64,000 bases of DNA, taken from the NCBI GenBank assembly GCA_016748015.1, contig JAAOMT010000525.1, forward strand, positions 1 to 64,000, written 5' to 3'. The notes beneath the pieces are model-generated. The model saw only the letters and a program-made list of their open reading frames with translations. It ran no database searches and was not told the DNA's origin. The stretch comes from Geosiphon pyriformis uo1. Its lineage: Eukaryota; Fungi; Glomeromycota. Below are positions 26,317 to 40,961 of this stretch, piece by piece. Both the position numbers and the translations under genes were made by a program. Positions within the stretch are counted from its first letter, which is position 1; each line of letters starts with the position of its first letter.

Positions 26317-29300
26317 TTTCGAGATTGAATATGTGGTTAGGGTTTGGAAGGATGATAACGATGAATAAATTTGATATAGTGTCTAAGGATGGATTTCTAA
26401 ATGAATACAAAGAATGAATTTATTTTTTACAATTAGATACAGAGACCAGTCTACTGTATCAGAAAAATATGAAGTTATTGAAGAAGGGAAGGTGGGGGAT
26501 ACTAGTGTCAAACTAGAACTTGGAGCTCGAGGTGAATTTGCTACGAAAGACAAACTTAGAGCGAGAGAGATGAGGGTTTTATACGCGTTCAGAATCCTTA
26601 CAAGTATTTGATCATTTTCTGACTGCCTTGACTAATTTGGAAATTAGGGGTTTCGGCCATCTAGCATGCTGACATTACGAAACCATTTTGGGTCACAACT
26701 ATAAATGCACTGTTTAATCATTTTTCAACATAAAATTGATATACCCGATGCCCTGCATCAATTTCTACCGATCAAATCGCTCGAAAATAGGTGACTAGAA
26801 AGATATTCACGAACTATATTACTTTTTTTTAAATTAAATCTTTTAGAAGCCACGTTTAGATTTCCTTGTTGACCATAATGTGAGATCACGTTATTTTATA
26901 TATTTAAACACAACTATTAGATTCTTTCTATCTATTGTTTGTCGTCAGTTGGATTGTATTTTTAAAAAATCATATAGCTTCTTGTTCCCTCCAAATGAAA
27001 AAAGCCTCAAATAATAATAATAATAATAATTATAATAGTATTAATAAAAACTAAATAATATTTTGCAAATATTATTTAGTTATAAATGATCATAATTTAT
27101 GATAAGTAATTATATCACAAACGATTCATTATGAAAAGTTTTATCAAATGAAATGAATAGTTTTAATGTTTCAAATATTTAATATTATTGGTAAATAAAT
27201 TACACTTGTAAAAGCAATTCCGTTTTTAGCTCATTTGTAATGAAGGGATAAAGTTTTGAGAGAAGTGGAATTTCTTTCTCTTTTTTCAAAATAAAAATAA
27301 TAATAAAAGGATGATCAAACAATCAAAAAAAAAATTTATTATTTTTCTTTTTCATGAAAAACTATTTTAAAATATCTAAAATTACCAAGAAATTTAGAAC
27401 CCCCCTCAAACATAGTTAAAAATCAAAACCCTTGAAATTTTCCATGTGTACATTACCACTTTTTTTTTTTTAAACAATTGAAAAGTTCAAACACTTGTAA
27501 AAAATTTTTAAAATAACCTGAATGAGAAACACGAAATATCACTCCGTGAAATTTTTGATTCATTAATGTTAACTATTGGCTGTTTAGCTTTAATATTAGT
27601 ATAGATCTCCAACTTTTAAATTACAAAGCTTTTTTTTTTTTTTTTAATTCTTTCCTCAATTTAGTATACAAAAAAATTATCAACATTCGAGTTAATGAAT
27701 GATATGAACAGATTAATGATTAATACGTAAATATTATTAGTTGAAGATTTAAATGAATGAATTTACAAATCTTGATTAAAAAACTTAAGATTTTAATTGT
27801 AAAGTTTATTTATTTATTTACTTAATTAAAAAACTAATTAAAAAAATATATTCAATTTCAGGAAAAAGAAAAAGATTTAAATTTTGGAAATCGGGATGAT
27901 GAAAAAAGATTTTGAACATCTTTTTTTTTAATAATAGAAAAAATCTTTTGACCTAAATTTTCTATTTCATTGAAAAAATTTTTTCCCGTTCAAATCAAAA
28001 TTTTTCAAAATATTTGGATAATTATCTTGGAAAGGTAAGAAGATTTAATGTGATTAAGAGAAGAAGGAAAATTTGAATCGGTAGGCGATCATGAAATCTT
28101 GTGATTGAATGCCATTTCATTATTATGACAATGAACTTTGTGGGATATTTTTTCTTTAATATCTGAAAAAAAAAAAAAAAAGAAGAAATTTATGCAGTTT
28201 TTGATACTCGGTACCTGCATTCAAATGCATTATTCATGATCAACATTTAACATGAAAAATCGCGGCAATAATCGATTTTTGGAGCTTTCTTCCTTTTCCA
28301 TATACTTAATAGTCATTGACATCAATGATTGGGTTAGTTAGTCAATTGTCTACTATCACAATTTTGTTCGTTAAAAATAGGGGGTGATTGCAAATAGTGT
28401 GAGCCGAAGTTTTAATTAGTGTTACGCGCATTGGCGGCTTTTAATAGGCACGGCAATCTTAAATAATTAAAGTTTTTAATGGAGATTTTCAATAAATTTA
28501 GTGATTATATATATATTTTTTTTTCAAGCCCAAAATTGGATATGAAAATATTCTTAAGTTAAAAGAATGTGAATTATATCGACCATTGTTAAAATTGTGA
28601 TTCCGTGAGGATATTTTTTTTCTAGAAATCGTGAAATATGAAACCTTGCTTAATTGTACATGAGAGAAATTTCTTAGTCATGATTCTGGTGAAGTTATGG
28701 ATTATTACTCAAAAATGGTATTAGATTGAGGCTAAAAATTTCCTTGGACTAATTATTATTTGAAATCTTGAATAATTTATTCGATTAATTAGTGATTAAA
28801 AGCTTTAAAAAAGTTAGCATTACGGCCGATGTTCAAGCGAAATTTTATAGATTATTGGTAAAAAAAGTGAATTAAATCATTTTCATTTTAGATTTCAAAG
28901 ATTTAATAAAAACAATTAATGTAGCATATAACGTAATAGATATTTGAAATTTGTATATATATATGTAATTCTTATAAAAAAAATATTCTTTAACCTTAAA
29001 TATTTCGGTTTAATCTAATCAATAAAACAGTTAGGCTTTTTGTTATTGATTCAGTTAAGTCATATTATAATAAGTGAAATTTTGACCATCGAGGATTCTA
29101 ATCATACTTCTAAACTTAAAATTATTTAATTCAGAAAAAGAAATTAAAATAATATACATTAAATCAAAACAGTTTTTGTAATATTGCAAAATTTGATTTT
29201 TGACTTTTATTATTTAAAATTTTTTTTTTGGAAAAATCATAAGTACAAATACAAATAATAATAATATTATTATTAATTGGGTTTTAAAGTTTTTTATTTT

Positions 29301-29906
29301 GTTATAGATCAAAATAAAAAATTTAACAGATAATAATATGCAATAAAAAAAATTGAACAATAAAATAATAAAACAATAATAAAGAAAGAAAAATAATCCC
29401 CAATTTGATCATAATAAAATATTCAAAAGTAAGAAAATAGTTTGTGAATTTCAAATTTAAAAATTCAATTAATAAAAATTCTTTTGTTTCAATTGATAAA
29501 TCTTAAAATGTATTAATAATTATTTTATTTAATAATTGTTTCTTTAAAAATTAAATTATTATTATATCAATTTTTTATAATTCTTAAAGCTAATTTTTAA
29601 TTAATAATAAATACAAAAAAAAAACAAATTGATAAAGAAAAGGTTTTGAAAATATAAATATACATTATATTTTCCTTACTTTTCAAATATTTACTAATCA
29701 GCTTTGTTTAGATAATCAATCATTTGCAAAAAAATACATTTCCTATATTTTAAATATTAAACAGATTATATTCAATTAAAATGAAATTTTTGTTATAAAT
29801 TGGGGCATTCTATAGCAAAGTGAACTGGTAACGTCACACATAATACGCGTTTTATTTTTTCTTAGCTTTATTCCCTTTCATAATACATAATTTTTCATGT
29901 TCAAAT

Positions 29907-30490
29907 ATGTCAACGTTCTTCGATGTACCTACAGAAAATCGACCATATGATGCTATTGTAGCAACTTATTGTTTTGATGATAATGTCGGTCGTCTTTTCA
30001 AAAATATTAAACAGGATCTTCAGCGACATGCCAAGAGGGGAGATTGTGATGCTGTGCAAGCAAAATGGATTCTGGAGTCCAGCTGGTAGGTATGTAAAGC
30101 ATTGCTATGAGTTTAAAGTATCCTTGAGCGTTGTAGCATCCATTTGAATTATTCTTTCCACTGCTGAAGGTGTCCAAAAAGTATTAATGAGATACTGTTT
30201 AAAGTCACATGTTATCATTTTTGCCCTCTTGAACAAGCAACTTATTACAACTGTGAAAAACCACTCAGGCGCAAACCCACCAGTGTTGATTATTCTGTAA
30301 GTGTTATTACCACTATTGCTATTTTGATTGTCTATTAAAAATATACTTTATTTCAGATACTTAATTCCTTTTCAACAAGAAAAAGACTTATAAACAAGAT
30401 TAATGTTTCGAAAAAGTGGCATCAGTTCAAAGATAAATCATTGAAGTTAGCAATAGAGAGAGGGCTTTTCGTAGAAAACCATACGCAGTA
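29907..30490 (+). pseudogene. Degenerate gene fragment of unknown family (MSTFFDVPTENRPYDAIV...)
   Basis: ATG-initiated 60-codon ORF ending at TAG right before a gtatgt donor. Splice-like segments follow, then AT-rich decay. Confidence 0.35.
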
Positions 30491-31499
30491 AATATTATAT
30501 TCTTTTAATTTCTTTATTTGTTAAGTTCTCATAAAGTCTGCTAGCAGTTGTTTTATTTTGTAGGTTTTTGTTATATGTTCTTTTGTTAAGACCAAAAAAC
30601 ATTCTGCAGAGATTCATTGAACAACCGATAAAATTTGATATAGAAATTTTTATAAAGCATAGGCAAATTGTTAAGATATGCTTTTTTTCATTATATGGAA
30701 AAAAAATTTACAATATTGTTTTTTTTTGTTACAATAAATACAACAGAAAAAGGTCGCAAAAAATATTGTTATTGCAAAACTTTAAACATTTATAATCAGT
30801 TGTTTTTATATAAAAAATTTTATTTATAAAATATTTTTGTTGAATATCTAAAAAAAAAACCATTTAAAAAAAACTTTGATAATATTTTTTAATCTGACTT
30901 TTAATGAAATTTTAGTATTTAAATAAAAGCAAAAAAAGTGTTTATAACAATACAAAAATTAATAATTTTGATTTATTTATATTTAATAATTTGTAATTTT
31001 AACTTATATTATATAATAATAATTCAAATTAATTAAAAGCTTTATTATAAATTATATAATTAAAATAATAATAAAATAATACTAAATTAAATAAAACTTA
31101 TAATAATATAAGTTTTTAATATTTTAATATTATAAATAATTTAAAAACTTATTTTAAAAAGTTGTTTGATCTCTAAAAAGTTATACCTTTTTTTTTTTAT
31201 CAAAATAAACCCAGATTTAATCAAGCTTAAAAAGTTACAAATAATTTTTTTTCAAAAATTATAAAATTATAAAAAAATTAAGATTTTATTGTTTGTTTCT
31301 TTCTTTCTTTCTTTCTATAAAATATAAATAAAAAAAGTTTTTTTATTAAAATATTTGCCTTTTTATCTAAAATAAAACCAAAAAAATTATTTGTTCTAAA
31401 CCAGTACAAAATGCTGTTAAATAATCTTCATATTTTGTCTATTCAAGAATTTTTTATGGCCATATTAAATATAATATGCAAAGTAATATTAACTGTGAT

Positions 31500-32520
31500 G
31501 TTTGAGATTTAAAAATCAGCCAACAAAAACTGAGACAACTCGTGACTGATATGAAGTATTAAAAACAATAAAAATATAATTATGTCAAAAGAAAAATAAA
31601 AAGAGTGCATGACCTGTAAAATAAACTTGTTTTCCATTACAAAAAAAAACCAAATTAAAATCTTGATTTTCCAATTTCGAAGGAACAGTTTTTTTCCATT
31701 AATTTTCGACCTAATGCCAAAAATCATACGATTATAATGACTAAGACACGTTGAAGATTTAAGAATGGATATTTTGCCTGTTATAAAAGATAGTATTAAA
31801 AAAGTGGATGTTGTTTATCATTCTTTTGGGTATTTTTTAGAAATTCCTATTGAAGAATTGTCTGGACAAAACCAACTTCCGCATTTTTACATATAAGCAG
31901 TGTCCAAGTATAAGAAGTATTGCCACTATTCAAACAAAGAACAAGTCAAACAAACTCAAGAACTTCTGCAACCCAATCAAGATGGCATTATTGCTGAAAA
32001 AAGTAAAGTGGTTGCTGAATCACATAGGGATCTATCAGGGTGCAAATTTGTCTCTACAAAACAGCGTTTATCCAATGACATTAAGGCCATTGACGCAGAA
32101 ACTTGAAGCCAGATTAGCGAAATGCTAAAAGAGTTGATGAAAAAGATGGAGATAAAGATGTTTGTCATAATTTCACTGTTAAAATTTGATTGAGAGAAGA
32201 ATGAAATTTCAAGCGTGAAGAATCGAAAACTCTTACTTCTTATGTTAGTGATTATTGTAATTCTCAACTGGCAGTGGGTTTATTTTTTAGATACGAAATG
32301 CAAAGATGATGACTACAGAATGAAACCTGACCTAGTAATACCAAAATTTCAGGCACTAAGGAATATGAACGCATAGCGGAAAAACTTCGTAATCCAGAAG
32401 GCTATGATAACTTAAAGAATTAGAACAAATTGAGAAAGAAAGCAATTCAAGAGATGGTATTGGTGGCGTTGAGGGAGAAAAAACACCAAAAATTAAGCCA
32501 CATAACATAACGGCGAAGGC
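31500..32520. pseudogene. Coding-like degenerate fragments, possibly on both strands
   Basis: Higher-GC island with short protein-like ORF pieces (KLFLRNWKIK..; EQVKQTQELLQPNQDG..) broken by stops. Confidence 0.25.
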
Positions 32521-33363
32521 AGCGTCATCTTAATATTCACTTTCTCTGGTTTTGTCGCAGCATGCCCTAAATAATAAATGCTTACATAAGAAATCACAGA
32601 TATCTTTGTAAATATTTACATTAAAATAAATCAACTGGGAATTTTTGAATTTTATGAACTCAATTTTTATTCTATTATGATTTACTATGATTAATTTTTT
32701 TTTAATTAAAATATTAATTAGAGATCTTTCGTCATGCAAAAACTAAATATGGCATAGCATCAGATTTGAAAAAATACGATTTGAAAATCTCCAGCCTCCG
32801 CTAATGCCCGACTTCATCCCAACAAATTAGGGCTTTTATTCTTTTTAAGATAGATTCTCGTTTTTCAACATAAATGTAATCGATGGATCAGTGTTTCACC
32901 CCATTCCCACGTTCATACTTTGCCTCCTTTTTGAAATAGAATCATAAGGTGGGTCAATTTCATTTGAACTTTTTTCCGCTTTTTATTTTTTGAACGTTAA
33001 TGGCAATTTTGTAAACTTTGGGGGAGTATTGCTAATGGTAGCTTTGTCAAAATCACCTGTAATCCATCCTTATGTATTTAACAACCATCGGGAGCTAATA
33101 CCATATAAATAAATGGGTTTTACTTGCTCAGAAAAAAATTTTAAAATTCCCTGCGATTCCCCCTTTTCCTTTTGGAAAAGCTTCTCTTTTTATAACCCTT
33201 TTATATGAGATCATTTTCTTGCAATCGATTTTTTTTGAGAAACTCCCCCCTTTTGCTATTATCCACAAAAAATTATTTTTTCAATTCGACAAACTTTTTA
33301 TCATTCTTTTTTTCTTGCTCTTATTCTTTATCAAAATCTTACCAAATATCTAATAAAATATCA

Positions 33364-34708
33364 ATGAGTCAAGAGAAGGTTGCTATAATTGGGTCAGGGA
33401 ATTGGTAGGAATATATTAAAATAAGTTTTGTTTAATCTCTAAATTTACATTCATCCATTATTAAATTCTATTAGGGGTTCGGCAATCGCTAAAATTATTG
33501 GGTTTAATGTTCTTAAATACCCTGAATTCAATAATGAAGTGAGGATGTGGGTTTTTGAAGAAATGATAAATGGTCGAAAATTATCCGAACTTATTAATGA
33601 AAATCATGTAAATGTAAAATATCTTCCTGGAATTAAATTATCCGAAACCGTTGTGGCTTATCCGGATCTATTAGAAGCAACACGTGATGCCACAATCTTG
33701 GTGTTTGTTATTCCACATCAGGTAAATACTGAATTATATTTTAATATATTATTGTTAAAGATCCTGAACTTAAGATTCTTACTCTCATTTGATGAAGTTT
33801 AGTTTGTCCATGATATTTGCAAACAACTTAAAGGTCATATTTCCAAGAATGCAAAGGCTATTTCGCTCGTAAAAGGTTTCGAGATTAATGAAACTGGTAT
33901 CCGTCCAATGACTGATCTCATCCATACTACCCTAAACATCAATGTATCCTCATTGAGTGGGGCAAATATTGCCAATGAAATTGCCGAAGAGAAATTTTCA
34001 GAAACGACAATTGGTTATCGTGTACGTGAGGAGGGTGAATTGTTCAAACGTTTATTCGAGACCAATTATTTTCGTGTCGGCATTCTTGATGACGTTACCG
34101 GAGTTGAGCTATGTGGAGCCCTGAAAAATGTGGTGGCGATTGCGGGTGGAATCGTTGATGGATTAAAGCTAGGTGAAAATGCGAAAGCAGCGATCATCAG
34201 GTTGGGTTTATTGGAGATGAAAAAATTTGTGCAAACATTTTATACTGGTATCAAGGATGAAACTTTCTTTGAAAGTTGTGGTATTGCTGATGTTATTGCA
34301 ACTAGTTATGGTGGAAGAAATAGAAAGGTTGCCGAAGCATTTGTGCTAACCCGAAAGGTACTTTTTCGAACATCTTGCTATTTTAGGAAATTGTCCATTG
34401 AATATCTAAAAGACTGTTCCTAACTTTCCTTGCGTATCTTAGCCTTTTGAGGTGCTAGAAAAGGAACTTTTGGGAGGACAAAAACTGCAAGGCACACTTA
34501 CAGCCAAAGAAATCAATCAGGTTTTGCAACGAAAAGGGCTTGAAGACGAGTAAGTTTCTATTAAAAATATTGGACTTCAACATTTCCGCAATGTATTGAT
34601 TTTATAATTTCTTTTAATTATATGAAAAGGTATAAACTGTTCACAACAGTTTATCGAATCGCGTACAAAGATCTTCCACCAGAGAGGTTGGTTAAGGATA
34701 TTATATAA
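33364..34708 (+). CDS. GPD1: NAD-dependent glycerol-3-phosphate dehydrogenase, 5 exons
   Basis: [58 protein letters not shown] and GQKLQG; GT..AG introns. Confidence 0.96.
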
Positions 34709-35599
34709 AATTTAAGGCCCATTTACTACGCGCAAAAAGAAAGAATATGAGGAGAATTTGCTTAATATAATGATTGGACGCTTTGAGTTATCAAGATAAA
34801 TATATTAAAAGGAACATTCGGTTCTTGAATCCTTTCGAAAAAGTGGTTTCCCAAGGTCTGATGCATATTAGAAAAAATTAAATAGAGTAAAATAAATTTT
34901 CAAGAGTTTTTTCAAAATCACCGCGCGAAACGAATCTGCCAAAATAATGTCATATCCTATCTTGGGTTTAAAATCATTTTGAAATAGATACCATTTAACC
35001 CCCTGAAAGATTTCTTGATCCCAATGTCTAACCATTAATTTATCGAAAAACAAGAAATATGATAATTTCTCGATTTGGATTATCGAATTTTCAGATTCCC
35101 AAAAAAATTTTAATACAAATAAAAACTCTCAAAAACTATTCTGTCACGCTCAACTTATTGAAAGCTAATGTTCGTTCCAAAGTCACAATTATATTTTAAT
35201 TAATGATCATGGGAACTCAAGGTTTGTTTTTAAGACTCACGAAACTAGTATTTCATAGTAATCTTGTGAAAAAGAATTTTTACAATTATTACATTGATAA
35301 ATAAATAATTAGGATCAAAATGTAAGTGATTCGTTAAACATTTTTGTGATTGAAAATTAAAACCGTTTATTGTGAGCGATTTCAAATGGATCCGAACGTT
35401 GGTTAAATACCCAAATTTTTTTTTAAAAAGCGTGTTTTTAAAAATTTTAGAATTTCACCACTATTCATTACCATAATTACAACGTTATTTATTTTTCAAA
35501 TAATGCAAATCCCCATTTTGGATGGATTTATAAACGAATAAATCTTCTGGCGAACCTTCTAATTGTAAAAATTGAATTTTTCTGCCCAGTATGATCAAA

Positions 35600-37750
35600 A
35601 TAAACAAAAGAAATACTCTTCAATATATATATATATACATTTCAAAAATTTATGTATACTGAAAACCACACTTAATTAAATAATAATTTTATAACGTATA
35701 TATTTTTTGTGGTTGTTTTATAATTTAAAAAATATAATTATCAGTATTTACTTTTTTGGCAAAATAACAATTTTTTAAATATATTTAATAATTTTGATTA
35801 TAAAATTTTTATTTAAAGTAATAAACAAAAAAAAACGAATTTTAATATAAAAAATTATGATAAAAACTATTATGAACAATAATTAAAAAATATGCTGTGG
35901 TTTTAATTAGATTATTTGGTTTTTTGTTATCTAAATTATTCAAAAAAAAATGATAAGAAAATAAAAAATTTAAATAAAAATAATTTTTACCAATAATTTT
36001 TGTTATTTTTTAAAATAATTTTATTATTATATTACTAAATTTAATTTTGAAGATAATATAATTCTGTTAATTATAAATATTTTTATTTCTAAACATTATT
36101 TACATTTAATTATAAATTAATTGTTTTATTAAAATAAAATTAATTATATTTAAATGTTAAAATGCTTAATAAAACATTTAAATTTTTGTTGCATATTGAT
36201 ATTTTAACTTAAAAAAGTACCAAAAAAGATAAAAAAACTAAAAAGCTTATTGTCAAAACATTGGTAGTAGATTCTTCTGCTGGTCTTTTAAATACAGAGA
36301 TAGTAAAATTAGATGAGTGTAAATACGCATATAAATTAAAAAATAATTATCAAGAAAATTCTAATTAATTTTTTCAAGTTGGCAGTAAAATAGGCTTTTA
36401 TTAAATTTGACAAACCATTATTAATTAAGATACAACTTATTAATTGTAACAAAAACTGTAATAAAATTTGCTATTTATAAAATTGATAAGTTAGTAATAT
36501 TTAAATAATCTATTATAATTTAAAAAATTTGCTCTATATAACCAAAGTTAATATTAACAAACAAATTTAAGTTTTTAAAAATTGTTATTAGCTTTTTTAT
36601 ATTTTGTCAATAGATACCATAATTTATAATCTTATAAGTTCTTTTAATATTGTTTTTTAAGACTAAAGCTTTATATATTGGTAATAATATTTTTAATTTT
36701 TTTTTAATAATTAATTTAATATAAAAAAAATAAATAATCTTATTAAACAAACAAACATTATAGGATAAGATAAAAATATAAAAAATTTAATTTTTATTGT
36801 TATTAAGACAAAATAAAAAAATTAAGTTAGATCTTAAATTATAAACAGATTTAATTAAAATAAAAATTTTTGTTTTTAATTTGAATTCTAGTTATTTGGT
36901 TTTAAATCGCAGTTATTACAAATAATAAATAAAACATGTGTACAAAGTTTTTAAAATAACTAATTAACTCTTTTTAATTAAGTAGTTGTTTAAAAATAAG
37001 TTTTTTGTAACTATTTTAAGATTTTTTACTGTGTTTTTTTAAAAATAAGACTAATTTAAATTAATAAAGTTAATTTGTTGATAATTAAGACTGTAAATAA
37101 AAGTTTTTTTGTAGTTTTAAGTAATAATTTCAATAAAAATAGCATTAAATAATCTGTTAATTTTAAGAAATATTTTATTAAGTAGTTTTATAATTAAAAT
37201 TTTAACTTAAAAAATTAAAAAAAATTAAAAAAAATAATCAATTATATTTTTTTAATATGCTTTTTATAAATACAATAATTAATTAAAATATATTAAATAT
37301 AAAATTTTTTAATACTAATTATTAAATTATTTTTGTTTTAATTGATTTAAATAACTTTTTGAATATATAATTTGCTGTTTTATAAAAACAATTATAAAAA
37401 AATTAATACAAATACAAATAAGATTGTTTTACGAATATTTTATTATTAAAAATAGTTAATTTAATAAAAAATTTTGGTAATTTTAAAAAAAACAAAAATT
37501 CAGATACAATATAATTACTATTTAAAAAATTATGTATTTTTTAACAGATAAAATATTTATTAAGACTTAGTTTTATAATTTTAATAAAAACAAAACCAAA
37601 AAGTTTTTTAAATTTTTAAATTAGAGCTTTTGGGATTTAAAATTATTAAAAAATCAAAACAAAAATCCAATAATAAGTTTTTAAAAATATTATATTGATA
37701 ATTTTTTTTAATATAGTTAAAACTTTAAATATTTAAGATATAGTAATAAT
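35600..37750. repeat. Extremely AT-rich block adjoining the LINE 3' end, probable erased TE
   Basis: Very low G/C content and no ORF of 60 aa or more. Confidence 0.4.
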
Positions 37751-37880
37751 TTTTTTATTAAATTTTTACAAGTGCAGTCCAACTACTACTTAAATACATA
37801 AAATCAAACAAAATTCTAATTTAAGTATAGCTTATGCCTTTTCTACACATGACCAGACACTTGGCTCAGTCAAGGCAGTA

Positions 37881-40800
37881 TTATGCACTTACAAGATTCA
37901 TTAAAAGAATATTACATGAGAAATTGAAACCCAAACTAGCAATATAGGGACACAAATCAAAGCTTATATAAATATCCAACCTGATACTAAGGCTATAAAT
38001 AACATTACCAGCCCAAAAATCTAACAAACCAGCAACCAATGACATCACAGATCCATCATGTGGTAACAGATTGTGCTTTTTATAGAATGCTTTCAATTTG
38101 GCTGCAGGCAGCCAAATGTCTAACCTATAATTCTCCACAAGACCATGAACTAAATTGACAATTATACGGCCATCAGAAGCAGAGCCAAGGCACTGAATAG
38201 CATTAGCCATCCAGCTTTTTAACACAAATCTCTTGGCCAACAACATGTACAAACTATTGGATAACTCAGCTTTGCATAAAGAATGTGTTACCTTACTTCT
38301 TATAACAGACTTACTAGCCACCTCACACCACTTTTCTCTAATAGACAATAATATAGTTCTTTTGGCATTGTTATCATGCGAGCACAGAAATAGGTGATCA
38401 GAGTTCTTAACCATACCACACCTAATACACATCACATTAGAATATCTGGAATTGTACAATCTCTTCCTCATGGTAACCAGCAAATGACAATATAGAGATT
38501 TTATAAGATAAAACTGCAGAGAAGCTAAAGACAAACTGGTATAATCAAAGTGGATCCTATCATCAGAGTGCCAAACACTAAATGACTTGGATGCATCAAA
38601 TTTACCAGCATCATCAACTCCAACAATGCTGACACTACATCTGGAATCCCAACTGACATAATTAACAATGTTGAACAAATTTTTGATGAAATAACATGCG
38701 TTTTCAAAACCAGGTCTGTCTTCAACCCTAAAAAATTAATATGGCATATTCAGGGGCAGTATAGACTTAGAGAAAACAGCAGCATTAGTAAGAAAATTCA
38801 CTTGTTCATTTTCGACAATGCCTGAATGTTCTTTGATCTTTCTCCACATGACTGACAGATTTTTTTTGAAATAACTTGACAAATATGCTCTTTTTTGATT
38901 TAATACTTGTAGTGAAAATTAGAACCAGATATGCCTACATCAAATTTACAAATATCCAATGACACCTGACTATCTGTAAACAATTTAACTGTGCTAGAGA
39001 CAGATACACACTCTAGCACCAAAATGATGGCTTGCAGCTCCACCAGTATTGAGAACAATAAACCAAAAACTTTTACATTAATGTTAGCATTGGCTCTTGG
39101 AAAATAAGCAGTAGTACTACTATAGGCACTAATTAATCCTAAACTCTTGACAGACCCATCAATGTAAACTTTAATAGATCTACTCTCAAAGGCCAACAAA
39201 CACTTAAAAGTAAAACCAATGTTACAAAAAAATTCAGTGGGAGCAGAATAGGACACCACAGTCATGTCGACATCCAAACCACCATTTTTGACAAAATTAG
39301 TAACAGAAACAAACCAGGTAGAAATTGGACCTCTTGGGTCAAGTCTCTTCTATTTGTAAAAGGTGTTCCAAGTGAAGCACACGCCATGATGGTCTAAAAG
39401 TTGGTTGGCAAAAATGAGGCCATATTTTTTAAGAGATTTTCTAACACCTAAATAACCATTTAAACCCAGCACATCCAAAATTGGCACACCAGTTCCAGCC
39501 TGAAAAACATTAGAAAACGCACCACCTAAGGAGGTTTTACACAAAGCAAGTACTTGTGTAGCACCAGCCAAAAAAAATTCAAAAGATTAATAAATAGCAT
39601 GACCAGAAAACAAAAAGAGTGCTGGGGCATCCAGCTGGCAGCCTGTAAGTCCATCACTCTGTGGTCGAAAAATCTGCTGAGAGTTCTACTAGTATTACTA
39701 AAATTGATCAGATTGGCCAACAAACTTTCAAAAAGCACTTGTTCAAAAGACTTCAGGCCATACAGCTCAGAATGATGCAGTGCTATACTAGGAAAGTCTC
39801 TAGGCAAATTTGCTTTGAACTTGAGTCTTTTCCTTAACAATTTGTCACATTTTTCACAAACACCCTTAGAGGCAAAGCTAAATTAAAGTCTATAACAAAT
39901 AATAAGCTGTAAAACAGCAGAAACCAAATACAAAAATTGCTTCTCAATAATGGTCTTTCTCAAAACCACATTCGAAAAAAACTTGATATTATTATGAGTC
40001 TTGGCTAAACTTGGCTTGGAAAGGCCCTCAGTTGACAAATAAATTCCCAAATAACAATAAGATTTGCTTCTCTTGGCTACTGAGATTCTTGACCCACTAA
40101 TAAACAGTTTAGCATTCTTAACATCTTGGTTAATAAGGATAGCAACAGTTTTCTTAGTATTTATTAAAATGTCATTGATAGAAAAGAATTCACTTGCTAT
40201 GTTCAAGATATTTTGTGTTACTGCCAAGCGATTTCTGATCCAGATTGTGTTATCAATAAAAACACCTGCAGCAAAAAATGAGATTCTGTTATTACTTAAG
40301 TCAGGTTTGTCAGACTTGGCATAAAATCTCGAACACATTTAGTAGCCATACAATTGTTCATGTTTCTTGACTTTACAGAGCAATAGATCATAGAAAATAC
40401 ATCACAGCAGCAGTGAAAATACCTCCTCTTGATCCAGACCATCATGCACAATATAACCATCAGACAAACCAAAATCTGTTATAATTTGATTGAATCTACC
40501 ATTGTGTATACTACTAAAAAAGCTTATGAAATGTGGACACATTTTGATTCTGACTAGACTATTGAGCAAATGAAACCATTTGACAGAATCATAAGTCTTG
40601 TGCATATCCTAAAGGACCAAGCACAATTCTCTGTTCTTTTCCAGAGTGTCTTTGATAATTGAGTCAACAGCAAAAATAGAGAATTGTGTAGAAGTGCCTT
40701 TCAACACCGAAAAATTGTCACTACACAAAATGTCAAACTGGCTGCAAGCCAGAGAGATTCTGTCTGAGAGAATTTTAGACAAGATCTTCCACATATTCTC

Positions 40801-40961
40801 AATTAGCGTGATTGGTCTAGTATTAGTAAGAATGCCTTCCTAATCATAAGGTTTAAGAATTATGGAGACCTAAGATCTTCTCTATTGCTTAGGAACCCCT
40901 CCAAATATCAAACACCTATTGAAAATGCTTAAAAAACCATTAAAGACTAGAGAATTACTGT
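37881..40961 (-). pseudogene. LINE ORF2 3' part (RT, RNase H, C-terminal Cys/His motif)
   Basis: ORF fragments 40794-37881 carry RT and RNase H motifs, broken by TGG>TAG/TGA-type stops. Confidence 0.85.
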
